Assembly (NCBI RefSeq): GCF_018977255.1
Contig: NW_024704742.1
Location: 22,508,001-22,572,000 of the forward strand
Direction: 5' to 3'
Length of the DNA stretch: 64,000 bases
From: Callorhinchus milii
Taxonomy: Eukaryota
The notes beneath the pieces were generated by a model. It ran no database searches. It was not told the DNA's origin and saw nothing but the letters and a program-made list of their open reading frames with translations. This document shows, piece by piece, positions 50,084 through 63,407 of the stretch. The position numbers were made by a program, and so were the translations under genes. Each line of letters opens with the position of its first letter. Positions within the stretch are counted from its first letter, which is position 1.

Positions 50084-51949
50084 GTAACACCTTGTTTCCT
50101 TCATCCCTTAGACACTCACACATTCTCTGTCATTGAAATGTCACGCAGTTCTTCCCACATGGATTCCAAGCATTGGTACGCTAGCATGTTGTGCAATTTG
50201 GGGACTGTTTTGATGCTGTACAGCATGTTCCTGGCCCTTGTTTCCAGGTGCAGTATAAAAATAATACCCTTTCTGAATTCTAGATTCAATACTGCCAGGT
50301 TTTTTTTTAGATCAATAATAGTGACTTATAAAGACATGAATTACTCATGTAATTTTCACCTCCAAACAAATTGGACACTGACAAATAGTCTGTTAAACCA
50401 ATACTTCTTCTATTATAAAGCTTCTGCCATTTCATAGTTAACATGTATAAACTAGTGTGTTCTTTTAGTTTTATTGAGTTTCACTCCACTGTGAACTGAA
50501 GTGAAGTGGTTTTGTATTAAATTGGATCTTGCCTCTTTTCTGAAGGCTATTAATGTTCTCGCTTTGCACGTATTTTAAGAAAACTCAGTTTAAAATCAAT
50601 GTCTGTAATTCATTGCATTTTAATCTCTCTCTTTATCGTGGCAAATGAAATGATATGTTTGTGTTTTCAAAATACGTTAATGAAAGCAAGATTTTTTAAA
50701 ATCAGTGTATGATGTGAATGATGATGTGCCAACCATCTATAAGCATTTTCCCAAAAAACAGGCATATTAAAATCAGGCTCTTGGGTGATAAAGTGGACTA
50801 GGATATTCCCATTGCCCCAGCTAGTTGGGTGTGAAGTCAGACAGTGGATGGGATAACAGTCACCTCTTACAGCTGTAAAAGTCCCAAGACCTAAGATTTC
50901 TAATGTTTTGTGAGTATCTACTCAGCTTCTAGTAGATACAATTCGAAACCTGAAACTGCCCATGACTTGATACCTGTTTTTTCCGCTCAGAGAGGCACAA
51001 TGATGACTGGTTTATTATAGGCAGAATGTTAAAGAGAAAACATGTTTTGAAGTTGGAGTACAGGTATACATGATTGCAACAGCCTTGAAGGAAGCTTACC
51101 CTGCAATAGGGCAGAATTCACCAAGTTAAACCCATTTTAACTATGCCCTGCCCATACAGACACGCGCACACAAAAGCAAATTCTAACCAACCTTTTTTTA
51201 AAATCTTTAACAATCATGGTGTGAAAGTGCATCATGTGGTGTGACAGTTATCACTGTTTGAGTTAAGCAAGTATCCTGGAACCAACTCTGAAACATTGAT
51301 ATTTACAATTTCACAGAATCTCAGCAGCTATTTTTGCTGCACTGTTTAGGAGAGATACTGGTGCTCAGTCAGTCAGAGCTGGTGTGAAAGAACACAAAGA
51401 GAAAGCATAGCAGAAAGTATGAGATAAAACGTCAATGCAGTATTAAGCCAACGGATTAAATGATCTAACTCAAAAGAACACAAATAATGTTCTAAAACTG
51501 TGAACAGAGGAAAAGAAAGAAATCACCTGTATGAAGTGTGAATACTTTGTGAATATACAGTTTATTCAATTTGAAAAACGGATGACTTAAAGACCTGTGA
51601 TGAATGATTAAGAATCATGCAATTTGGGGCATTTGAATAAACATTATTATTGCTCCAACACAGCTATGTGTTACGAGGGTTTTCTATACTGGAGCTGAAG
51701 CTTGTTTATTTTGATCCTTCTGTCTGTCTACACTATTAATCCTTGAACTGGTGAATCAGCACAAAGTGTGTGCATTTCATACTACATACAGAATGTAAAT
51801 GTGGTATAAACAGGGCTTTGGAATACATAAACAGGGAAGTCACTCCTCAGCAATAATTGTGTAGTATAAGCGTGTGAGTAACTTGCCAACTCATTTCAAC
51901 AGCTCCAAAACTTAGAGGTGTCATAAATTATGAAGAAGATAGCAGAAAA

Positions 51950-53270
51950 TTGTAGAGGCATGGATAGATAAAGCAAGTTTGGGGGAGCTAATGGCAGATA
52001 GAGTTTAATGTAGCAAAGGGTAAAATCATATGCCTCATACAAATTAATTGTGAACAGAAATACATTTCAAATGGAGAAACAGTAGAGGGATAGATGAACA
52101 AAGGGATTTAGGTTTTCAAGTTCTTAAGTCTTTAAAAGCTAGTTTAAAAAAAAAGTCAAATCATTTTACAGTATATTCTGTGAAGTGCTTTGAGGCGTCT
52201 CAAATGCGTGATAAGGCACTATTATCAAATGCAAGGATTATTATTATCAATATTTTTATTATAGTTCACAGGAGCAGAAAGGTTAAAGCCATTCATGTCT
52301 TTATAACAAGAGCTCTGGAACACATAAACAAGGAAGTATTGTTGCTGTTATATAGAATGGTTAGACCTCATTTGGAATATTATGTTCAGTTTGAGGCGCC
52401 AAAGCAAAGTTAGGATCAAGAGTACTAGCCTTGGAGGGTGTCCAGGATCTGTTCAACAGAATAATGTCTGGAATTAAGGAGTTTAGCTTTGATGGGTGAA
52501 TGAATGTGGTTAATATGGCATTTCCTAGAGTTGAGGAGGTAAGGAGTGATTTCACTGCGATGTTTAAAATAATGAAAGGAATTGACAAGCTAGGTCGGGA
52601 CCAACTCTTCCCTCCGGTAGGGAGATCTGAAAGAATGCATGAAAGGTAGACCTGAGGTGGTTAGAAGTGAGATTAGAAAACATTTACATTGATTGTACAA
52701 CACAGAAACAGGCCATTCCTTCAGACAGAGGATTGTGAAAATGTGTACTGTCCAGAAGTCAGAGACACAAAAACGATTAGAATATTTAAAATGAAAACAA
52801 ACAGATACTTGGAAAGTAAAGGTATTAAGGCATATAAATAGGATGAATGATGATCTGTGGAGTCCCATAGTGTAGTGGTTAGTGCCCTTGCATAGCGAGA
52901 GGACGTGGGATAGATGACCGGGTGGGGTGAAAGCCTAGGCAAGTTTCCTTACTCCACATGCCTCTGTTTACCTAGGAACCTGGTTGTTAATCGATTCGTG
53001 GATCACTTTCATCAACGAGATAATAATCCCACCAAAAAAAAAATGTTGTCACTCAATGCACAACTGTTTGTGGAACATTGCTGTGCGCAACTAACTGCCT
53101 CGTTTCGCCCACAAAATACACAGTCAATCCAATTTACAATGTATTCTGTGAATCGTTTTGAGACATTTCAATGACATGAGGCATTATAACAAAAGCAAGG
53201 ATTATTATTATTATCTAATAAAGCGTGTAACAGGCACAGCAGTCTGAATGGTTTTCTCCTGTTCCTTTGT
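51950..53270 (+). mobile_element. CR1 LINE fragment interrupted by SINEs
   Basis: WQIEFNVAK and MVRPHLEYYVQF-like remnants; SINE inserts at ~52160-52250 and 52859-53213. Confidence 0.7.
52859..53213 (+). mobile_element. SINE family B, long form, intronic
   Basis: Head, CORE-like segment, Deu-type 3' part and tail. Confidence 0.85.
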
Positions 53271-53859
53271 TCCCGTTGTGTTTGATATTCTTATAAAAAC
53301 AAGTCAGTGCAAACCAGGTCACAGTATAAAAGTCTTTATCTTTTTAACCAAATATTTAAGAGTATAAAATCAATGCTGCTTTGAAAGGAGCTACTAATAT
53401 TATAATGATCATCATAAACTAGATGATGTAAACCAGAACGTACATTGTTTAATACTTTATTGTTGTTTTTGCTATTCCTACCAATGTTCTGCTTATTCAG
53501 AGGTTAAGATAAACCTTCCACTTGTTCATGATGTTCAGCATTAAAACTGAGCGATTGATACACAAAGAATCCTAACCCTCTCCTTACACTCCGTCTGGCT
53601 CTTTGGTGCTGTCTCAAATGTGGGTACAGGAAAATATACAGAAAGCTCACCAAGAAGATAAAGGAAAATTTTAACTTCCATACAGCGTACAACAAAAGTC
53701 TGATAGTGATCTGGGAACTCTGTGTTCAGTGATAGTACAGACAAAATATTACTGCTAAATAAGGAGTGAACAACCAACTGTGATTTCATACATTTTGTAT
53801 ACACAAGTACAAAACATAATCAATCAATAGAGATGGATGGGAATATTGGGAGAATAGGA

Positions 53860-54160
53860 ATGAGCAATCAAAATCAAAGGGTTTAGATGACCACAATAAT
53901 TCAAAGAAAAGCTTGAGTGATTTATAATTATTACACGGAGAGTTGTAAAATGTGGAATCTGCTGCCCCCAGAAGGCCGAAGACGCAAAATCAATTAGATG
54001 GTTAAAAAAGAGCCAGATAGATATTTGGGAAGTACATTTGGGTATTCATTCATATGGGGAAACAGGGAAATGGGATGAAAAGATCTGCCATGATCTAATA
54101 AACTAGTACAACAGGCTCGATCGATTGGATAGCCTGCTTCTGTTCATACGTTCCTATTCA
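53860..54160 (+). mobile_element. CR1 LINE 3' end fragment
   Basis: agagttgtaaaatgtggaatctgctgcccc... followed by acaggctcga...gcctgcttctgttc 3' UTR. Confidence 0.6.
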
Positions 54161-54489
54161 ATCCCCAAAGTTATATTGATAGTTTAAAACACACCAGGCA
54201 GCTGTTTTGTTTAACAATTTACGTTGTAAGGATTTTCCAGAGTTTCAAGGGGTATTATTTTGCTAGCAGCAGCTCATAGTTTGGATGTCGGTGGTTGTGT
54301 GTTCGTGATGTCCTATGAGGCAGATCCGTTCACTGACTTTGTGTTGCTCAGAAGATTTTACAGGAAAGATAATATAAAAATAAAGACAAATAAAGAATCA
54401 GCAATAACTGTGATTTCATATATGCTGGACACAAAAGTACAAGAACAGTCAGCAAATAGAGCTGGAAGGGCATGTTGGGAGAGACTATA

Positions 54490-54840
54490 ACATTAACTTG
54501 TATTTATACAGCACCCTTCACGCAAGGTGGAATCTCGGAGTGCTGCCCAGTGAGTCCGACCAAGGGAGAAGGGGGATGGGGAGATAACCATAAGCACGGT
54601 CAAAGAGATGTCTTCGGGTGCAATTTAAAGATAGATAAAGAAGGGGTGAGGTTCAGAGATTGAGGCAGCAAGTTCCAGAGATTGGTTGGTGAAGGTGCAG
54701 CTATTAATGGTGGAGCAGAGGGGTTAGGGGATGCCCAGGATGACTGTGTTAGCCGAACGAAGGGACGGGTAGAGAAGGAGGGTACGAGCAGGTCAGAGAA
54801 GAAGGGCAATGCTAGGGTGCGAAGGTGTTTGTAATTGAGG
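54490..54840 (-). mobile_element. Old L2 3' fragment (intronic)
   Basis: Stem-loop tail; NLWNLLPQSL...FKLHPKT on the minus strand. Confidence 0.6.
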
Positions 54841-56312
54841 TTGTGCATCTTGGAAGTTGATATAATTTATAGCTGATCTTGGAAATTCGAACTGTTTCAT
54901 TCCTCTCCCGTCTAATCTTAAATCTAAATTCCAGGAATGAACCAGTGAAGGCATAAAACACTGAGCTTGAAAGATCAGAGGCATGTTGTGTAAACATCAT
55001 TTCAATGTCATTCAAAAAGAATTTATTATTCATTTGTCTGCCTCGTGACCACAAGAAGCTTACCTTGCAAATCATTGCCCACACAATTAGTTTGCTTTTT
55101 TAAAACAAGTAGAGTTTGGTAGAGTAGAAAGAAGCAAGTTAAAGAGTTCAAATTCAGTGAATATAGGATAGTTTTGCATATCATTTGGGTGTTCAATGAT
55201 TAATGAGGGGGCTGGACCCTCTGAGTGCTTTGACCCCCCCACCCGTCCGCCATGATTGTGAGGGGTTTGGCATTGTTACAGGGTGCCAAGCAGGAAGCTA
55301 GACCATTTTGCTGTTCTCCGTTTCTAAGCAAGTTCCACGCATTACTTGCCATCCAGCAGCAGACAAACAAAGCCCCAAAGCCTCTAGTAAAGAATAGTGG
55401 AAAATTCTTCAGTTCAGTCTCAATTTGGAAGCTAGTTATTCCCAAGAACCACAGAAAACAAGCTTCCAAATTAAGACTCTGTGTGGCTGAATTTAGTAAA
55501 GGGAGTTTATAATCCTATCCGATCTCCAGTTTTAGGACTAAGAACATAAGAATTTGCTAGGTGAAAGAAGACCAAGGTCCATCCAGTTCGCCTTGCACCT
55601 TCCTGGCAGTCACTTGACATGCCATGTCCCAAACTATATATTGTATCCCGAGATATTATTTTCTCACAGAAGAATTTAACACTAAGGATATTACAGGCTC
55701 AAGAATGTGGTTAGAGGCCCATCTTACAGCTAAACTACATTGCTGGGAGTAAATCAAGTCATTTTTCTGCTGGCGTGGTGGGGGGTGGGGGGGGAGCGGA
55801 GGGCCGGAGAGGGGTGTTAGAAGCCTGATTTACAGCTACCACTCCATATTATTTTCAGTTTTGCCCCAACCCCTTCAACTCCTCAACCTTGGCACGAACA
55901 CAAAATAGTGAAAACTGGAGTTCATTTTTGTGCAATGAACAATTCAAATTGCTGCGTTCAAAGTTACTGATCGGAGACCTTTGAGTGAAGCAGAGTGAAT
56001 GAGCCTTGCCCACTGGGTACTGTGTATAGACATCAGCAAGAGAGAACTGCCCTCTCCAGCTGGTGCAAGGGCAGAGCTCTGGCATCACTGTGCTGCTTCA
56101 ACCTCTGGTTTTTACTGCACTTTTGCCATCAAATCATCACCAAAGGTCCAGTAGAACCACAGCAAATTGTAAATAGTTTAACTTTAAGGAATTTATTTAA
56201 AGTAAGTATAATGTAAGATTGACCCACTTGCAGTCAGCAATAAGCAAATCTCAAAATATTTAAAAAAACAGTAGACTAAAGGTGACTGAACGTCCTGTTG
56301 TTTGCAATGTAG

Positions 56313-56511
56313 GTATCGAGCTGTGGTGTCCTGGAGTCGGGTTCAGGGAATCGGAATCCCTCTGGTGACAGCCTTGGAGATCTTTGGAATCTGGATGCTG
56401 TCTGTAACTCTAGCTGTCCCCGAGGCTGTTGCTTTTGATTTACATACGCTGTCTTACCAGAACGAAACGTACAACGTGTGCCTCGTCCTCCCGAATACAG
56501 CGTTTAACAAG
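56313..56511 (+). CDS. EDNRA: Endothelin receptor coding exon 3 (DRY motif end, TM4, ECL2)
   Basis: TAG acceptor; encodes (R)YRAVVSWSRVQGIGIPLVTALEIFGIWMLSVTLAVPEAVAF...CLVLPNTAFNK; donor AAG|GTAAGA; 199 bp. SRVQGIGIPLVTA is ETA-type. Confidence 0.92.
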
Positions 56512-58083
56512 GTAAGACTCGCGAACTAGACGTGGGTAAATGCACTTGTTTTGCCTTTGCCTCTGAAACAGTGGAAGACCTTTACTCTCAGTTAGTCACA
56601 GATCCGACTTGCTGTGCCCGGCTTCAAACTGGTCTTTGGATGATAAAGAGAGGATATTCAATAAACAGGTTTATCTATTAAGCCTGCCTTTGCAAGGAAA
56701 ATGGTGTTCAAGTAACCTTCTATGTGCTTTCAATGCAAATGTAAAAAAAAATCCTTGCATATGATATAATGTAGTACAGCCCCAACTGCCCCACCGCCCC
56801 ACGCCGCTCGGGTCCTAATCCCTGACTGTTCAGCGCCTTGGAACATCCTCCCAACGTGAAAGGCACGTTACAAGTGTAATTTTGTACAGTGCTCAAAGCC
56901 TAGACTGTGAGTTCAAAGTCCTAAGGTGGGAGCTGGAACCCACAACCTTCTGACTCTGAGGTTAGAGTGCTAGTAACTGAGCCAGGCTATGTAGTGAGAG
57001 AGAGAAGAGTCATAGTCCATTCCTAGCCAATGGCTGATGTGTGAAAGTGGTCCAGGGAATATGTCTTGCAATATTTCCCTCGCTCTGGATGAGCACTCAG
57101 AGGGTTTCACTGCGTACCCTTGTGAACAACCTGACTGAGATCAGAAACTCACTGTGCACTGTAGCAGCGATTCTGTACCTGACTGCCCCATAGCCAGTAT
57201 TTATTATTATTTTGTTGTTATTTTGCCCATTCCATGCCCGGTCTTTTAGTACCGTTATTATTTTATTTATTTTTTTCTGTTATTTAGTGTAGAGCTTTTC
57301 AAGTCACAGAGCTTCACAGGATGTACTGTAAAGTGTAGTGACTGTGTGTTTTGTTGGCCAACCTTCAGGAGAAAATCATATCTGCCGACCGGTCTGGTTG
57401 ATGTCATTAGTCAATGACAGAGCAGAGTGTACACAATGTGATAGTTAACACCAATTCTGTACGACAGCTAAAAGACTTGGGGATCTGTTGAGCATTAAAA
57501 TCTCTGAGTTCTGCCTCATTACAGTTGTCTTCTAGTAGCCTGACAAATTGAAACAATGCATTTCGGTCTCAGGAAGACAAAATTATTCGGGAAGGTTTCC
57601 AGAATACACATTTTCATTAAAGTAAAATTGTGTTGGAATAGGATTCCTCATGTGTTTACACTGAATGTTAAACTGTCCCTGCTGCTTTGGATTTGCTACA
57701 ACAAGAATTGCACACTCCGGTTCATATCCATTATCAGTACTTTCCAGCTCATGTCCAGTGCATGTAAAAGTGCTCAGTTCAGACCAATATAAATACTGTA
57801 CTGTCTGAGTCAGGCCTGATTTACACTGACTTCGAAGGGCTGCTTCAATGATTCCAATGACTTCTCACGTATTAAGACTGGTCTGCACATCTGTTACCAC
57901 TCATATCCCACTTTCCACATTGCAACAACCTGAGATTTATTTTTCCGTTGCACACTGCTGATATTTTCGTTTCAGTGGAGATTAGCTGGTATCTACATGA
58001 AGAAGGAGACGTCATTCAGTCTCTCTCATGCCCTTCAAAGTTGGAGCTGCACCAAGTGCCCATCCTCTTGGCTGGAAGAATGT

Positions 58084-58330
58084 GGAGTCTTGTAGCTTAG
58101 TAGTTAGGACACTCATCTCGCAAACAAAAGGACCCAGGTTCGATTCCCGGGCAGGGCGAAACCTTAGGAAAGTTTTTTTACTCCACATGCCTCTGTTTAC
58201 ATAGCAGTCAGTAGGAATCCAGTTATTAGTCGATTGGCCCTCCCGACATGAAAGGCACTCTATAATGTGATTTTGTTGTTGTTGTTTGTTTTCAGATTTC
58301 CAGCATCTGCAGTATTTTGTGTTTTGTTTC
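58084..58330 (+). mobile_element. Composite: SINE B 5' half + L2 tail + Penelope 3' tip
   Basis: Head to ~58237, then cctcccgacatgaaaggcac(TTG)n, then ttcagatttccagcatctgcagtattttgtg (reverse complement of ~36690-36720). Confidence 0.75.
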
Positions 58331-58974
58331 AGGATAGATAGATTTGGGACAGATAGGCTGAAAGCCTGACCAACGATGGTGAGGCAGATAAGACAGGGTA
58401 AATAAAGCAGGCTAGTGCCCTCTGAGCAAAGGGAACAGTCAGGTCAGTACGGTTTGAGGAGGTTGCTGTGTTAGGGTGATGCAAGACCATGGAGGGACGA
58501 GGCTCTCGAACTCGATTCGCTGGGGGAGGGGGTCTCCAACCCTTCGATTGCTGCTATGTGGCGCTGTCGAGCATTATCAAAAAGACAAGGGGAAAGAGCA
58601 ATAGAACTGTGTGATTATTTAGTCTAATTGAAAATAAAGCCAGCTGCACAAAGTATTTCATACATCTGGAAATAAAAATACACACTTTATTGTTTAAATT
58701 CCAGTAAATATCGCTCCTTCCTCTTGTTTTTACTGAACATGCACGAGTCACCATCAAGCGGCAATCAAATGATTGGAGACCCCTGTATCAGGGGAAGGGG
58801 AATCAATGGAGCATGGAAAGGATGAGAGTGCGAGGGTTGCGGAGATTAGTGCGGGAGAGGACATTGGATGCTAATCTTGAAGCTAATTTTTTGTAAGTTG
58901 TTTTAAGAACTGCAGAAAAACAACTTCAAAGTTAAGAATGAATTCAGCATACTGCCAAATTCTGCACATTCTAA

Positions 58975-59372
58975 TTTGATTTCAAGATCCTCAATCTTGT
59001 CTTCAAATCCCTTCACTCCTCCGCACTCCCTCTACCTCTCTGACCTCCTCTCTCCTCACAACAGTGCCCGTTGCCTTCGCTCCACCGGGTCTGGCCTCCT
59101 CCTTGTCCCCCGAATCCTCCAATCCACCATCGGCGGCTGTCCCTTCAGCCACTACGCCCCGAGGCTCTGGAACTCCCTCCCTCACTCTCTTCGCCTCACC
59201 TTCTCTCTTCCTATTTCTCAGTCTCGGCTGAAGACCTTTCTTTTCGACCGCGCCTTTGGTCACCTTCCTCCCCCTCTCCGTCCCCCTGGCTCGGCCCCAA
59301 CATCCATTACTGTGAAGCGCTCTGAGACACCGTCCGGCGTGGAGGGCGCAATATAAATCCAAGTTGTTGTTG
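58975..59372 (+). mobile_element. L2 LINE 3' fragment (second subfamily, intronic)
   Basis: YLSDLL...APRLWNSLP...RLKTFLFDRAF, stem-loop variant, TTG tail. Confidence 0.88.
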
Positions 59373-59673
59373 TAATCTAGACCAAGGTAGAATTTCTCCC
59401 TGGAAATGGCTAGTGTGGGAAATAGGAAATGGGACTTATTCTAAGTGAGTAATAATCCTTACATTTGATAAGGCGCCTTTAACATCGGGGGGACATCTCA
59501 AAGCGCTTGATGGGATTTACTATAAAGTGTAGTGACTATATATTTTGTACGTGAACTGCAGCAGGCAATTTGCATGCAGCAGTGTCAAAAGGTAAAGTGT
59601 GCTATATAAATGTAAACTGTTATTATTGTTGTTGTTGTGAAGTGTATGTGAGAATGTGATTGTTTTATTTCAG

Positions 59674-59826
59674 TTCTACATCGTTGTGAAGGATTGGTGG
59701 CTGTTTGTGTTTTATTTCTGTATGCCGTTGGCTTGCACTGCCTTCTTCTACACTCTGATGACCTGTGAGATGTTGAACAAGAGGAACAACGGCATGAAAA
59801 TCGCTCTGAGTGAACATTTGAAACAG
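59674..59826 (+). CDS. EDNRA: Endothelin receptor coding exon 4 (TM5-ICL3)
   Basis: TTTCAG acceptor; encodes [51 protein letters not shown]; donor CAG|GTAGAA; 153 bp. IALSEHLKQ is ETA-type. Confidence 0.93.
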
Positions 59827-60149
59827 GTAGAATCTTTCGGCTAAGTATGGTTTAACAAGGGTGGATGATCTATCTGTAACACTGTTTCCGAGTCTGAAGT
59901 TATCCTTGTCTGTCCAGATGTTTCATAATTGTCCCATTCTGATCAATGTGGAGTTAGTGCACCATTCAGATCTTGTTTATTTCCCATTCCCATATATGCA
60001 GTGAAACATCTTGTGACAGATGACCCTCACCATAAAGTGAATTGAGCCATCAATAATAATCCTTGCATTTGATATAGTACTTTTCACATCAGGGGTACAT
60101 CCCATAGTGGATATTGTAAAGTGGAGTCGGTCTTCCCTGTCCCATACCA

Positions 60150-60358
60150 AGTTCCATGACCCTCTCGCCCCCATTCTCGCCCGGCTCCACTGGCCCCGCA
60201 TCCCTAGAGGATAGAGTTCAAAATCCTTGTCCTCGCCTTCAAAGCCCTCTACAGCCTTGCACCTCCCTACCTCAGCAACGTGCTAACTCCATATAGTTCC
60301 CTCCACTCAGCGGGCTCCAGTGAAAGGTGCTATTCCAATGTAATTTGTTGTTGTTGCT
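60150..60358 (+). mobile_element. L2 fragment with internal deletion
   Basis: ctccactggccccgcatccctagaggatagagttcaaaatcc joined to the tail. Confidence 0.7.
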
Positions 60359-62034
60359 GTGTGTTTTGTGGGTGAATGCTGCAGTTACACTGCAGGGAGT
60401 TAAGCTGTGGTTTCCTCAACAATATAGCAATGTAGAGTGGGAGGCCTAGAGGAAGGAAGGAAAGAATCCTTGATGAATCCTTTAATCAATATGATAGGAT
60501 ATTACAATTCCTGGCCAACAAATCCCCCCAATAGAATTGGTCGTTCATTTCAAAGCTGCTTGTGTGGTATTGCTGTATTCACATTGGCTGCCACGTTCGC
60601 CCATAGAATACACACAGTGGCATCACTTCAGAATGTATCCTGTCAAGCGCTTTGAGTCACCTGAAGACCTTTCTCTTCGACCGTGCTGACGTGACCGCCT
60701 CCCTACCCCGGCTCAGCATCAGGCTCCACCACTGTTAAGCACACTGAGATGTTGCCCCGTGTGCAATCCGCTGTTGTTGTTGTTACCTAGGCTCCTCAGC
60801 AAGCTCAGTGCAAGCTCAATGCAGCCGCAAGCCTATCCCACAGGATATGAGGCCACAGAATCATTCCACTGTGGTAGCTCACAAGTTGCACAAATAAGAA
60901 TAAAAGTTGAATTTGTTCGGCAAAATCCCATCGAGCACCCGACAACTGGATGGTAAACATTCATGATTCATTCTGGGAAAAGAATTGCTGGATTGACTTT
61001 AAAGTCTGGCTGCAATCCAAGTTACTGACTAGCCACATTGGAAATCATGTGTATCTAATTGAGTACGCTTGTGAACAATAAATCGTGAGAAATACATGTG
61101 TTCAAAATGAAATATTATATTAAAGCTTCCTTTCTGAGATTCACAAGCGCCAGATTAGCTGGGAATCCAACTTCCAGTCAATTCAGAGAGAACCTCTACT
61201 GCCACTGAGTAAGTAATATGTTTCAGGGGTAAAATGTGAGAAGTTATTTCACACTTAGTAGGAAATAGTTTAAGAGAAGACTTGAAATGCAAAAAAGGAC
61301 AAAGAGAGAATAGGGAAGTAAAAGTAGAATAATGAAGGAACGGGGCAAGGACCGACTGACCAATTAGGTAAAAGTATGGTCGGAAAAAGTACAGCAAATC
61401 AATCAGGGAAAGTACAAGTGAACTGATCTGGGAAATTATCAAAATTTATAGCGCATTTGGTTGCCGTGTTTCACCCACAAAATACACAGTCAATCCCCTT
61501 TACAATATATTCTGTGAAGCGCTTTGAGACGTCTCAAAGACGAGATAAGGTGATCTATCTCAAATGCAATGATTAGTATTTTTAAGTACAAGTGAGCAAC
61601 TCAGAATTTAAATAATAAAATACCAGGTGACTGAGGTTACAGTCTCACAACCTGTCCTGTTTAACTGTCCCTTTGTGGAGTTTTCAAATCCTTTTTTGCA
61701 CCTTCCTTTATTTTTATTGATATTTATTTATGTATAATATAACAATAAAAATAATAATCCTGACATTTGATATAGCACCTTATCAAGTTGTCAAGGCATC
61801 TCAAATTGCTTCACAGGATTTTACTGCAAAGTGTGGTGACTGTGTGTTTCTATACATTGTATATTATATTGCACTCCTGTACTTTTGTCCTGCTAATATT
61901 GGATGAAACTCTTTCACTGTTTCCATTCCAATTCTGAGATTACTTGCTGTTAGTTGAAAAGCGCTATACAAATGTAATTTTGTTGTTGTTGTTAGATCAT
62001 GGTCAGTAAAGCCTCCTATTTAGACACATTGAAA

Positions 62035-62310
62035 TGATCCTTACATTTGTACAGCGCCTTTTATGCGTGGAGGACGTATTAAAGGGCTCACAGGATATAC
62101 TATAAAGTCGTGTAAATGTGTGTTTTGTGGGTAAACACTGTACCCAGTAATGTCCCACAAGCAGCTACAAAGTTAATGAACATTTTTTTATGGGGTATTC
62201 TTGGTCAGGACATGGGGAGAAACTCCCTTCTCTTTTTGAATAGTACCATGGTACCTTTAATGTCCATCTAAACAGGTAGACAGCACTTTGGTTTAAACGT
62301 CTCATCCAAA
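62035..62310 (-). mobile_element. Deu-domain SINE family A, intronic
   Basis: Tail and core homology. Confidence 0.72.
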
Positions 62311-62640
62311 GAATGCAGTGACGAGTAAAACATGAACTTTAATCATAATATGACACTCGTCTTCTTTTCTGTGTGCTTGGCCTCTAAGGCCACTTTATCT
62401 TATAATTTAAGGCAGAAGGCAGAACTGTGGAAAAATTTTCTATTAAAATCCTTAATTTTGGAAAGTTTAATTTATTTTTAAGGACTAAGGAAAACCGTTT
62501 TTCAAATTAAGGCTGAACTGTGGAATTTTCCACAATGTTCAGTTTTCAGACAAAATGGTGGTACAGACTGCCAGGCCTCATATATGCTTGTCTGGGATTG
62601 TAACCAGTCTATCAATTCTGATGTCTGTTTTTTTTTGCAG

Positions 62641-62774
62641 CGTCGTGAGGTAGCCAAAACAGTTTTCTTTCTGGTTGTGATCTTTGCTCTGTGCTGGTTT
62701 CCGCTCCACCTTGCAAGGCTGTTAAAGAAAACTGTGTACAACGAACTTGATGACAAAAGATGTGACCTCCTCAG
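62641..62774 (+). CDS. EDNRA: Endothelin receptor coding exon 5 (TM6-ECL3); gene continues past the window end
   Basis: T-tract plus GCAG acceptor; encodes RREVAKTVFFLVVIFALCWFPLHLARLLKKTVYNELDDKRCDLL; donor CAG|GTACAT; 134 bp. No TM7 exon (NSCINP) was found before 64000. Confidence 0.93.
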
Positions 62775-63117
62775 GTACATGAGTGCAACAAGTATCATCA
62801 CATTGTTCTCTGCATCAAGCAATTCAGCCAGAGCTGGGATTACAAAATGTAAAATCAATACAGGAATGTTACAGCACATTCAGTCCATCAGTTCTTCACT
62901 GAGGTCACCCCTCCCACCCCACGTGGGCTAATCTAATCCCACTCTCTCCTGTTCACTTCTCATACATACCCTGTATCTTCTTCCTCTTCAAGCATCTATC
63001 TAATTCCACTTTAGAAGAATCTATGCTGGGTGGGTGAGGAGGGGTTCACTGGACAGTGATCGGGAAAGGAACCCTGACTAAATTCCCGCCCTCCCCACGC
63101 TATAGCGCAGAGGCACT

Positions 63118-63407
63118 GATAAGTAAATTGACTGTATATTTTGTGGGTGAAACGAGGCAGCCAATTGCACATAGCAATGTCCCAAAAATAGTCACAATTG
63201 AGTGACCAATTTTTTTTTAAAAAAAGGGATTATTACCCTTAGAAAGCGATCCACCAATCGACTAACAAACGGGTTCCTACTTACTGTTAGGTAAACAGAG
63301 GCGTGTGGATTACGGAAACTTGCCTAAGGTTTTGCTCTGTCCAGGAATTGAAGCCGGGTCCTCTCGCTTGCTAGGCGAGTGCTCTATCCAATACGCTACA
63401 GGATTCC
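63118..63407 (-). mobile_element. SINE family B, long form, intronic
   Basis: gctacaggattcc head on the minus strand; body homologous to the 5371 copy. Confidence 0.87.
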
